A DNA stretch of 64,000 nucleotides from NCBI GenBank assembly GCA_035480035.1, contig DATIID010000001.1:393323-457322 (forward strand), given 5' to 3'. The notes below the pieces were generated by a model. That model searched no databases and was not told the origin of the DNA. It worked only from the letters and a program-made list of their open reading frames with translations. Below are positions 39,743-47,659 of the stretch, in pieces. Each line of letters begins with the position of its first letter. The first letter of the stretch is position 1. The position numbers and the translations under genes are program-made. The stretch is from Candidatus Saccharimonadales bacterium (GTDB lineage: Bacteria > Patescibacteriota > Saccharimonadia > Saccharimonadales > OMJO01).

Positions 39743-41173
39743 TTATTCTAGCATGCGAACTTTTATCGTGTCGGTAGTACCGACCACACCCGGATATTGA
39801 CCGGACGCAGTAACAATCACGTCGCCTTTTTTAAGAACTTTGTTTTGACGAAGCCAATTGGTCAGTTTTGTGGCGGCATATTTATCAATTGGTCGAACAT
39901 AGCTTTTAGTGCCATAAACTAGTGAAAGTTGTTGAGCAACACGTTTATCGTGAGTCACTGCAATAATCGGACGGGTCGGACGATAAGATGCAATTTGCAA
40001 AGCCGTTGCTCCCGAACCTGTCTCGGCGACAATGGCACGCGCTCCGACGTCTTCAGCTAAGCTGATAATCGCACCAGAAATGGCATATTGTCGGCCGTCT
40101 TGTTTCTCATACTCAAAGCCGACCGACACCGGATTGTGCTTTTGGCTATAATTTATAACTCGTTTCATAACTTTGACGGCTTCGATTGGGTGTTTACCAT
40201 TAGCTGTCTCGTCACTTAACATCACAGCATCGGTTCCCAGAATCACCGCAGTCGCGATATCCGAAACTTCTGCGCGTGTCGGCTGAGTGGCCTCTACCAT
40301 GCTAGCTAGCATCTGAGTCGCAACGATAGTTGGCTTGGCATAGTGACGTCCCAGACCAATAATTTGCCGTTGGGCAATTGGCACAGATTCCGGTATGGTC
40401 TCAATCGCCAGATCGCCACGCGCAATCATCAAAGAATCAGCTTCTTGAGCAATCGCATCAATATGTTCCATGGCGGCATTGGTTTCAATCTTGGCAATAA
40501 TTTTGGCTTTACTGCCCAAGCCAATCAGAAGCGACCGTAGTTTGCGAATATCGCCTGCGGTCTGGACAAAGCTTAGCGCCACGTAATCAATGTCTTGCGT
40601 CGAGCCAAAGGCAATGTCTTTGCGGTCTTTGGCCGTTATGATATCACCGCCAAAATCAGTATCTGGCAGATTAATGCCCTTTCGGCTGATTAAAATACCG
40701 TCGTTTTCAGCCTTAGCATGAACCAAACCATCGCTGACATTGGTAACGATGGTGTGAACTTTGCCGTCGAATAAATATAAGCGTTCGCCCCGACTGACCT
40801 TTTTGCTCAGGTCATATTGGGTTGGGATGACACGGGAACGTTCGTAGTCAGACTTAAATTTAAAGCTGAGAGTGTCGCCTTTTTGGACATTGATAAAACC
40901 TTCGAAATCGCCCAGTCGAATTTTGGGCCCTTGCAGATCTTGGATAATGGCCACTGGTTTACCATATTCTTGACTGGCTTTACGAATCCAGTCAATTTGT
41001 TGCTGTCGTTCTTCATAAGTTCCGTGACTGAAGTTAAGTCTCAGGACATTAGCGCCTGCCTTAATCATAGTCAGAATTAGTTCATAACTATTAGTACTCG
41101 GCCCAACGGTAGCCACTATCTTAGTACGCTTAAAATCGGTAACAGGTACATTCGGTACCGTATTAGTTTCCAT
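39743..41173 (-). CDS. pyk: pyruvate kinase
   Basis: KIVATVGP, LNFSHG and MIARGDL. 476 aa. Confidence 0.95.
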   Translation of the reverse strand: METNTVPNVPVTDFKRTKIVATVGPSTNSYELILTMIKAGANVLRLNFSHGTYEERQQQIDWIRKASQEYGKPVAIIQDLQGPKIRLGDFEGFINVQKGDTLSFKFKSDYERSRVIPTQYDLSKKVSRGERLYLFDGKVHTIVTNVSDGLVHAKAENDGILISRKGINLPDTDFGGDIITAKDRKDIAFGSTQDIDYVALSFVQTAGDIRKLRSLLIGLGSKAKIIAKIETNAAMEHIDAIAQEADSLMIARGDLAIETIPESVPIAQRQIIGLGRHYAKPTIVATQMLASMVEATQPTRAEVSDIATAVILGTDAVMLSDETANGKHPIEAVKVMKRVINYSQKHNPVSVGFEYEKQDGRQYAISGAIISLAEDVGARAIVAETGSGATALQIASYRPTRPIIAVTHDKRVAQQLSLVYGTKSYVRPIDKYAATKLTNWLRQNKVLKKGDVIVTASGQYPGVVGTTDTIKVRMLE

Positions 41174-41231
41174 ATCTTAGTTTTGATTATAAATGCTTAT
41201 GTCTAGTTTGAACAGGGGTAAGTATGCTATT

Positions 41232-41306
41232 TGGTGATCCCAAGGGGAATCGAACCCCTGTTGCCAGGATGAAAACCTGGTGTCCTAGCCGTTAGACGAT
41301 GGGACC
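41232..41306 (-). tRNA. tRNA-Glu (anticodon UUC), CCA encoded
   Basis: Minus strand reads GGTCCCATCGTCTAACGGCTAGGACACCAGGTTTTCATCCTGGCAACAGGGGTTCGATTCCCCTTGGGATCACCA. It folds as a cloverleaf with anticodon loop TTTTCAT. Confidence 0.9.
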
Positions 41307-41473
41307 GTTAACGGGCCGGTGTTTAACTCCGTGAGTTTACCATAACAGGGGTAATAAAAAAAGCCCAGCCATTGCAAACAGTACTTGGGTTTAAATTTAG
41401 TTTTTGTTTTAACTGGAGCGGTCAGTCATTGCTCTAGTGATGAGTAAACTCTAGCATAATTTGGCTAATTTGG

Positions 41474-43732
41474 CTAGCTTTTATCCACAGTTGGTTCAGT
41501 TTTTGAATCATTTTGAATTGGCGAAACCACAGTAATGGGTTTTGGTGATTCGGGCGGCCGATGGGCTGCAAGCTGTCTTAATTTAGTTTTAGAGAAACTA
41601 AACCCAAAAGTACTGCCCTTGCCTTCAGTACTCCTAAAGATGATTGCACCACCCTGAGCAATAACAACCTTTTTGGCCATAAACAAACCAAGTCCCGTAC
41701 CGTCGGGCCGGGCTTTTCTAGCATTGCCAGCCCGATAAAACTTAGTAAACAAGTGCGGCTGTTCCGATCTTGGTACGCCTAAGCCATTGTCCTCAACACG
41801 AAATTCAATAGTTGTAGGCATGTTTTCGACAATCACATTGATATGACCGCCTGCTGGGGTGTAATAAATTGCGTTGTCAGTAAAGTTCATCACTACTTGC
41901 CGTACTTTGGTTTCGTCAAGCATAAATTCTGGAAATTTCTTAGGCATTTTGTAAGTTAACTCAAGTTTTCGACCTTTAGCCGTTTCATACAGCTGGCTAA
42001 TTTCTTCGTCAACCAGTTTAGCTAGGTTGGTTTCTTTAAGTTCAATCAAAAATTTGCCAGTCTTCAAACGTGACACATTCAACAAGTCAGCGATTAAATA
42101 GACCATTCTTTGGCTACTAATAAAAGCTTGATCAAGCAACTTCCGTTGCATACTATTGACCTTACCAGCATCACCTTCCATTACCATACTGACATAGCCT
42201 TTCATGCTTGTTAACGGCGTCCTGAGTTGATGTGAAGCCATACTAATGAACTCGTCTTTCGCTTCATCCAGTTCTTGCAACTTCTCATTAGTGCGACGGA
42301 GTTTGTGTGTTGCATTCTCAACTTCTTGTTGCAAAGTCACGTTAAATTTTTGTATTTCTTCAAATCGTAAAGCATTTTGAATAGCAATTACTAATTCATC
42401 GGCAATAATGCTTATAACTCGTTTGTCTTGTGAGTTGTATAAATTTCCGCTTCGTTTGCGACCTAATACAAGTTGGCCAATTGATTCACCTTGTTGGGTT
42501 GATGAAATTAATTTCGCAATAACTGCTATATGAGCGTTTTCAAATTTATGTACAAGGCTTTCGCTATGTTCTGTTAAATCTTCGGCAACAATTACTTTTT
42601 CACCAATTTTACTAACCAGATCAACAAAATGTTCTTTGTATTCTTTGCTACTTAAAGCGGGACTGGATTGTTGTTGATTGATGTCAGTATTGCCCAGATT
42701 AAATAGTACAAATTCCGATTTAATGTGTCTCTGAATTATTTCTGAACTTTTGTTAATTATATTGTTAATCTCAATCGATGAAACGAGTAGTTTATTAAGT
42801 TCATCAAGTAACAATTGCGGTTCATATGCGTCCTGATAAAACAGCTTATTACTCAAACGATCGAAAAAACGTTTTATTGGTTGGAAAGTAAATGACAGAA
42901 AAACTGCTAATATCACATACATTATTTGCTGAGTCGTCGACACTATGTGTGTGTTCACGAAAACTGAAGCAATTCCAAATATACCGACTGAGTACACACC
43001 AGCAATCATTGCAACTGTTAGAACGTAAGCAATTGATCGCGCAACAATTAGCCGGATATCCAAGAAACCGTGTTTTATGATGGCGAATGATACAAATAAA
43101 GAAAATATAAACAAAGAAAAAGCACCGAGCAGTATGGCATCAGTATTAATTTTTAACAGCGTAAGGACTATTCCTGTAAATATATTTACAACTATCGCAA
43201 CAGAAAGTCCAAAAAGTACAAACTTTATCTGACTTTTTTGTTTAATATCAGATCTTTTGTATTTAAGTAAAATTGCAACTATGCCAGCAATAAGGTATGC
43301 AATGCCAACGAAGTCTAATGCAGTATAAAGGGGTCCTATTTTTTCAGGTTGAACACCAAAGTTTTGAATACTGACTGACGCCACCTGAAGTGGACTAAAC
43401 GATGTCAATGCTAAGAGTAAAAGTGGTGATGAATAAAGTACTTGCCTTTTAATAGAAATTTTTGATTTGAATGGGAAAACCAAAGCAAAATAGTAGAATA
43501 AAAGAAACATAATCGAACTTGTTAAACCTGCAAACCTTAATTCCCAAAGTGCAACTGAAGTACTTTTTGTTGTATCTCCAAAAAAAAGTGACAAAAGCCA
43601 AAAAGTAATAAAAAGGTTAAGCATCGCAAAGATTCGATTTGTGAGTCTTCTCGGACTATTAATAAACACAAAAAAGCTTATTAATAAAAGCCCAATTATT
43701 GATGGAAAATATGACAATATCTTTACAAGCAT
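41474..43732 (-). CDS. sensor histidine kinase with an N-terminal multi-TM (7TM-type) sensor, a GAF-like middle region, HisKA and HATPase_c
   Basis: H-box SMASHQLRTPLTSMKGY, N-box FTDNAIYYTP, and G-boxes DNGLGV and GTGLGL. About 8 hydrophobic helices in the first 300 aa. Confidence 0.85.
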   Translation of the reverse strand: MLVKILSYFPSIIGLLLISFFVFINSPRRLTNRIFAMLNLFITFWLLSLFFGDTTKSTSVALWELRFAGLTSSIMFLLFYYFALVFPFKSKISIKRQVLYSSPLLLLALTSFSPLQVASVSIQNFGVQPEKIGPLYTALDFVGIAYLIAGIVAILLKYKRSDIKQKSQIKFVLFGLSVAIVVNIFTGIVLTLLKINTDAILLGAFSLFIFSLFVSFAIIKHGFLDIRLIVARSIAYVLTVAMIAGVYSVGIFGIASVFVNTHIVSTTQQIMYVILAVFLSFTFQPIKRFFDRLSNKLFYQDAYEPQLLLDELNKLLVSSIEINNIINKSSEIIQRHIKSEFVLFNLGNTDINQQQSSPALSSKEYKEHFVDLVSKIGEKVIVAEDLTEHSESLVHKFENAHIAVIAKLISSTQQGESIGQLVLGRKRSGNLYNSQDKRVISIIADELVIAIQNALRFEEIQKFNVTLQQEVENATHKLRRTNEKLQELDEAKDEFISMASHQLRTPLTSMKGYVSMVMEGDAGKVNSMQRKLLDQAFISSQRMVYLIADLLNVSRLKTGKFLIELKETNLAKLVDEEISQLYETAKGRKLELTYKMPKKFPEFMLDETKVRQVVMNFTDNAIYYTPAGGHINVIVENMPTTIEFRVEDNGLGVPRSEQPHLFTKFYRAGNARKARPDGTGLGLFMAKKVVIAQGGAIIFRSTEGKGSTFGFSFSKTKLRQLAAHRPPESPKPITVVSPIQNDSKTEPTVDKS

Positions 43733-43787
43733 TCCTCTTATCCTTTTGTGAAGTATATCATGTGATTTGCTACACTATAAGTTGTAT

Positions 43788-44681
43788 ATGATTGCAAAAT
43801 TTCCAAATTTTTCTAAGCTTGATATTAGTCACCAAAATGAAATTTTAGACTTTACATCACAATTTGATCCATATTCAGATTTTAATTTTACCAGTTTGTT
43901 CAGTTGGAACATTGACAATTCGTCTCAAATTTCAATATTGAATGAAAACCTCATTATATTATTACCGGATTATATATCAGGAGATCCTGTTTACTCTATA
44001 TTGGGCAACAATAAAATTGATGAATCATTAATAGATTTATTTCAAATTACGGACAAACTAAAATTAATCCCTGAGGTAGTTGTTGAAAACATATCAAACA
44101 AAGTACTTTTTGAAATTATCGAGGACAATGATAATAATGATTACATTGTTTCAAGTGCAGATCTAGCTAGACTTAGTCCAGAAAAGTTTGCAAAAAAGCA
44201 TCTGCTCGTAGAGAAGTTTAAGCAAAATAACCCAGACCTTGATGTTAGATACATACCTCTTGATAATTCAAAAGCCAGAAAAGTAATTGTAAAATCTTTT
44301 GAAAAATGGAGAAAAGTTAATAATAAGCCTAGAGATGTAACCAGAGTGGAGCTTAAGGCTATCAAGAGATTGTTAGATAATGTTAACCATCTGAAACATG
44401 TTAATGCGGTTGGTATATACGATGCTAAAAAACTAATTGCTTTTAATATCTTTGAGTCATTAGAAAATGGTTACGGTCTGTCATCTTTTCAAAAAGCAAT
44501 TAAAAGAAGTGACGGTTTATACGCAATGTTAACACAAGAAATGTCAAAATATTTGGTCGACATGAATTGTGAGTACATTAATTTTGAGCAAGATCTAGGT
44601 ATAGAGGGTCTTAGAAATTCAAAACGTTCTTATCACCCAGTTAAACTTCTTAAAAAATATTTGGTCTATAAAATCAACTAG
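43788..44681 (+). CDS. DUF2156-like protein (homologous to the MprF C-terminal aminoacyl-tRNA-dependent transferase domain, dupli-GNAT fold); low-confidence family call
   Basis: FNFTSLFSWN lies near the N-terminus. The C-terminal block INFEQDLGIEGLRNSKRSYHPVKLLKKY resembles the conserved end of the DUF2156/LPG_synthase_C family as I remember it. The ORF track starts at a TTG at 43767. Confidence 0.4.
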   Translation: MIAKFPNFSKLDISHQNEILDFTSQFDPYSDFNFTSLFSWNIDNSSQISILNENLIILLPDYISGDPVYSILGNNKIDESLIDLFQITDKLKLIPEVVVENISNKVLFEIIEDNDNNDYIVSSADLARLSPEKFAKKHLLVEKFKQNNPDLDVRYIPLDNSKARKVIVKSFEKWRKVNNKPRDVTRVELKAIKRLLDNVNHLKHVNAVGIYDAKKLIAFNIFESLENGYGLSSFQKAIKRSDGLYAMLTQEMSKYLVDMNCEYINFEQDLGIEGLRNSKRSYHPVKLLKKYLVYKIN

Positions 44682-45879
44682 TTACTTTTTTGACTGCTTT
44701 ATACTCTGTTATTGATATTGGCTTTTCAAGACCAATTATTTCTGCAACCCCACTGTTAGAAACGGCTGAAGTTACAATTGTAGGTATATATTCTGAGCTA
44801 GTTTCTGTACATTCAAAAGTAACCAAGAAGTTAGAGTCACGTTTGGCTAACATATTCGTTGCTAAATCAATCACCTTCAGACTATAATTATTTCCTCGCA
44901 TCTGCTCATCAGAAACAATTCCTGGGAATATTAGTATATTATTTGTATCGTAATATTCTGCGTAATTTTCTTTAAAATATTCTTTGTTATACCAAGGACA
45001 GTGATCAAAGTCTTGCACAAAAACACAAAGTGTAGATATTTTTCCATCAACTCTATTAATAATTTTTACTACTTCAGGGTCTTGGAGTATATCCGCAAAT
45101 CCTTGTTCATCAAATCCTGTTATTGCTGGATGCTCAGCACCCAGTTCATCAAAAGGGTTTTTGTATATTTCCCACATTCGTTTCGCATCATCTCCTTTGA
45201 TTACTTCTGCGAATGAAACTCCATTATCTGGGTTTTCTGAAACCTCACCATGTTCAACTTCACTTTGAAAAACTTTAATTAATGGTGGAGAATTTTTTAT
45301 GTCAGCCACTCCCTTAACAGCAACAGGTCCTATATAGGTATTAGCAGTGCGCTTCTTATCTCCTCCACCGAGATTTTCGATTTCATAATCTGGTCCAAGA
45401 TCTTCAAGTAAATTCACACTTTTAACATCTTCGTTCTGGTACTTATCAAAGAATATTACTGAGCCCTCGTCCAATTTTTGCTTTAACAAAGACTGAGCGA
45501 AACTCCTAGTGTCTGAGTTATTAGATATTGGGGGATGAGTATAGTAATAGAATTTTTTATCTGTTCCGTAGGTCCTACTTAGAAGGTCAATGTTATACCA
45601 CTCTAATCTTTCAGCTGGCACAAGTAATGGAGTTATTACGTCTCCATATTCGTTTTCTTGATTAAAAACGACTGTTTCTGGGTCTTTTATTGCATCTTCT
45701 ATGTCAGAACCAAACAAGCCAACTTTAACAGCGTGATCGTTTTGATTATGAAAATTGTCATATGTATTAACGGAATTCTTTAACTTATCTTCAGAAACAA
45801 CCTCGACATTTGAATTAGATTCTTCAACGCCTACATTGATAAGCGATGGTACTTGCGACTCAAAAGATGATGATGACAT
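44674..45879 (-). CDS. hypothetical protein, C-terminal third GNAT-like (acyl-CoA N-acyltransferase fold suspected)
   Basis: 401 aa and AT-rich. ILIFPGIVSDEQMRGNNYSLKVIDLATNMLAKRD resembles GNAT motif A (beta4-alpha3). I do not recognise the N-terminal 230 aa. Confidence 0.35.
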   Translation of the reverse strand: MSSSSFESQVPSLINVGVEESNSNVEVVSEDKLKNSVNTYDNFHNQNDHAVKVGLFGSDIEDAIKDPETVVFNQENEYGDVITPLLVPAERLEWYNIDLLSRTYGTDKKFYYYTHPPISNNSDTRSFAQSLLKQKLDEGSVIFFDKYQNEDVKSVNLLEDLGPDYEIENLGGGDKKRTANTYIGPVAVKGVADIKNSPPLIKVFQSEVEHGEVSENPDNGVSFAEVIKGDDAKRMWEIYKNPFDELGAEHPAITGFDEQGFADILQDPEVVKIINRVDGKISTLCVFVQDFDHCPWYNKEYFKENYAEYYDTNNILIFPGIVSDEQMRGNNYSLKVIDLATNMLAKRDSNFLVTFECTETSSEYIPTIVTSAVSNSGVAEIIGLEKPISITEYKAVKKVTS

Positions 45880-45902
45880 TATTCTTAATAAACTTATTCT
45901 TA

Positions 45903-46586
45903 TTATGTAGTCGAATTTTTATTGTTTGTTAATTTTGACTTCGCTTTATTAAATGCCCATGTGACTCCAGCAAACCCTAAAACTGCAGGTCCAACTTTCT
46001 TAATATCACTGTAGTTTGCAATTCCTTCAGATATAAGAGCACCTTCTAAAGCAAATACTCCTCCCATCCAACCTGCAGTAAAGATACCATGTCGTCTATT
46101 TTCTTGTGCTGTCCGCGTAGGATCTTCTCTTTGTTTTTCGGCTAACACCACTACTGATCCACCGACCATAGCAACTCCAGCTTCTGTTACGGGTGTCATC
46201 TTAGCATCTTCAGGCACAATTTTATGAAGTTTTGAATTTACCCAGCTTATTGCCTTTGTGCTTTTTTCAGTAGTTATTAAATCTGCTGTTGCTAAGGCTG
46301 CGGCACCTTCTACGACAAATGTTGATCCGCCAAGTACAGCACCGCCTACCAAAGGATTATGTGTAACAAATTGGCTAGCAGCAAAAGCGCCAAATCTAAT
46401 AGCTTCATTTCCAGGACCAACTTCAGCAGCAATAACACCAACTTGAACTGCTCTTTTAGCCACATGGTACGCTTTTCGAAGCTTACTGCTAGTATCAACA
46501 TCTTCATTTAGTATGTCAGTTGATTTTTCAATTTGAATTGGAATTTCTGGTTCGAAGTTCAAATTGCCGTCAATAGTATCTGCCAT
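45903..46586 (-). CDS. hypothetical membrane protein with Gly/Ala-rich hydrophobic segments
   Basis: About 227-240 aa, with roughly 4 hydrophobic G/A-rich stretches (VGVIAAEVGPG, LVGGAVLGGSTFVVEGAAALA, AGVAMVGGSVVVLA, FTAGWMGGVFALEGALI). The Met at 46586 lies 1 nt past the pdaD stop. Confidence 0.5.
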   Translation of the reverse strand: MADTIDGNLNFEPEIPIQIEKSTDILNEDVDTSSKLRKAYHVAKRAVQVGVIAAEVGPGNEAIRFGAFAASQFVTHNPLVGGAVLGGSTFVVEGAAALATADLITTEKSTKAISWVNSKLHKIVPEDAKMTPVTEAGVAMVGGSVVVLAEKQREDPTRTAQENRRHGIFTAGWMGGVFALEGALISEGIANYSDIKKVGPAVLGFAGVTWAFNKAKSKLTNNKNSTT

Positions 46587-46587
46587 C

Positions 46588-47067
46588 TTATTTAGTCTCC
46601 CAAGAACTTGATTGATAAACTGCAACTACAAGAGCACATACTGGTTCGTGTTTACACGTTCGGCCAACAACTTTCATATGAATGTCGCCAAAGTCAACAT
46701 TTCTAGTAGCCATGAGCGCCCTTAAACTCTGTCGAATATCTTCTTCAACGGTGTGACGACTATTGCCCTCATGTTCAACAAAAAGACCCTTACCAGACTT
46801 CTTTTCCTGAACCCAGCCAATGCCAGCCCATGCTTCTGTGTTTGGTGTGTCAACACGCGTTTCGGCCATGACTACATAGAGTCGGTCACCCCATTTACCG
46901 CTAATTTCCTTAGCTTTATTTTTATCAATTATCTTGCTCTCAGGAGGGATTACTGAACTTAACTTTATCAAGTTAAAGTTAGCAACGCCTGCGTCATTAA
47001 GTGCAGAGTCAAAAGCAGATAACTTCGTCGGGCCTGTTCCAATACCGGTTGAAATTTCGATATTCAT
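46588..47067 (-). CDS. pdaD: pyruvoyl-dependent arginine decarboxylase (PvlArgDC)
   Basis: GPTKLSAFDSALNDAGVANFNLIKLSSVIPP aligns with [31 protein letters not shown] of M. jannaschii MJ0316, quoted from memory. This includes the Ser-Ser self-processing site, here Ser37-Ser38. 159 aa. Confidence 0.85.
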   Translation of the reverse strand: MNIEISTGIGTGPTKLSAFDSALNDAGVANFNLIKLSSVIPPESKIIDKNKAKEISGKWGDRLYVVMAETRVDTPNTEAWAGIGWVQEKKSGKGLFVEHEGNSRHTVEEDIRQSLRALMATRNVDFGDIHMKVVGRTCKHEPVCALVVAVYQSSSWETK

Positions 47068-47214
47068 ATAAGTTGCTTATGCCTCAAGTATAAAAAAACA
47101 ACGTCACAGAACCCTTTTGAGCCTGTTGACGTCGTTTAATCTACTAAAGAACTATTTGTAAGTTTAACATTTATACTCTATAATGTCAAGTATATACTAT
47201 TTATGTTTACTTCC

Positions 47215-47220
47215 TATAAT
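47215..47220 (+). promoter_or_regulatory. -10 box TATAAT, 8 nt upstream of the ATG at 47229
   Basis: cctataat-taagatag-ATG. No SD. Confidence 0.5.
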
Positions 47221-47228
47221 TAAGATAG

Positions 47229-47621
47229 ATGTCTAGTAAGCAGTTGTCAAATAAGAAATACAAAATTGCCATCATCGAAGATGACTTGCCGATTAGTAAG
47301 ATGTACGAATTTAAGCTACAAAACTCCGGTTTCGAGGTGAAAACAGCTAGTAATGGGATTGAAGGACTAGCCGTTTGCGAAGAGTTTGTGCCAGACCTTA
47401 TCTTGCTTGATCTCAAAATGCCAGAAATGAACGGCGAGGAAATGCTAACCAAACTTCGGCAAACGGATTGGGGCAGCTTAATTCGAGTAGTTGTCTTAAC
47501 AAACATTAGCAAAGATGAAGCACCAGCCAATTTACGCTTATTAAATGTCGATAGATACATCGTAAAAGCCCACCACACCCCAGCTCAGGTGCTCGAAATC
47601 ATCAAAGAAGTTCTTGCTTAA
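47229..47621 (+). CDS. stand-alone response-regulator receiver protein (CheY-like, no output domain)
   Basis: 130 aa. EDD acidic pocket, phospho-acceptor LLDLKMP, LTN and IVKA. Confidence 0.85.
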   Translation: MSSKQLSNKKYKIAIIEDDLPISKMYEFKLQNSGFEVKTASNGIEGLAVCEEFVPDLILLDLKMPEMNGEEMLTKLRQTDWGSLIRVVVLTNISKDEAPANLRLLNVDRYIVKAHHTPAQVLEIIKEVLA

Positions 47622-47659
47622 AAGTTGCGTTTAATTAAAGGCCACTGGGAAGTTGAGAA

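Noticed and set aside
47207-47578. A 123-aa minus-strand ORF, and the similar 148-aa ORF at 50243..50689
   Set aside because: Both are antisense to well-conserved receiver-domain genes. Their hydrophobic, low-complexity translations are typical shadow ORFs.
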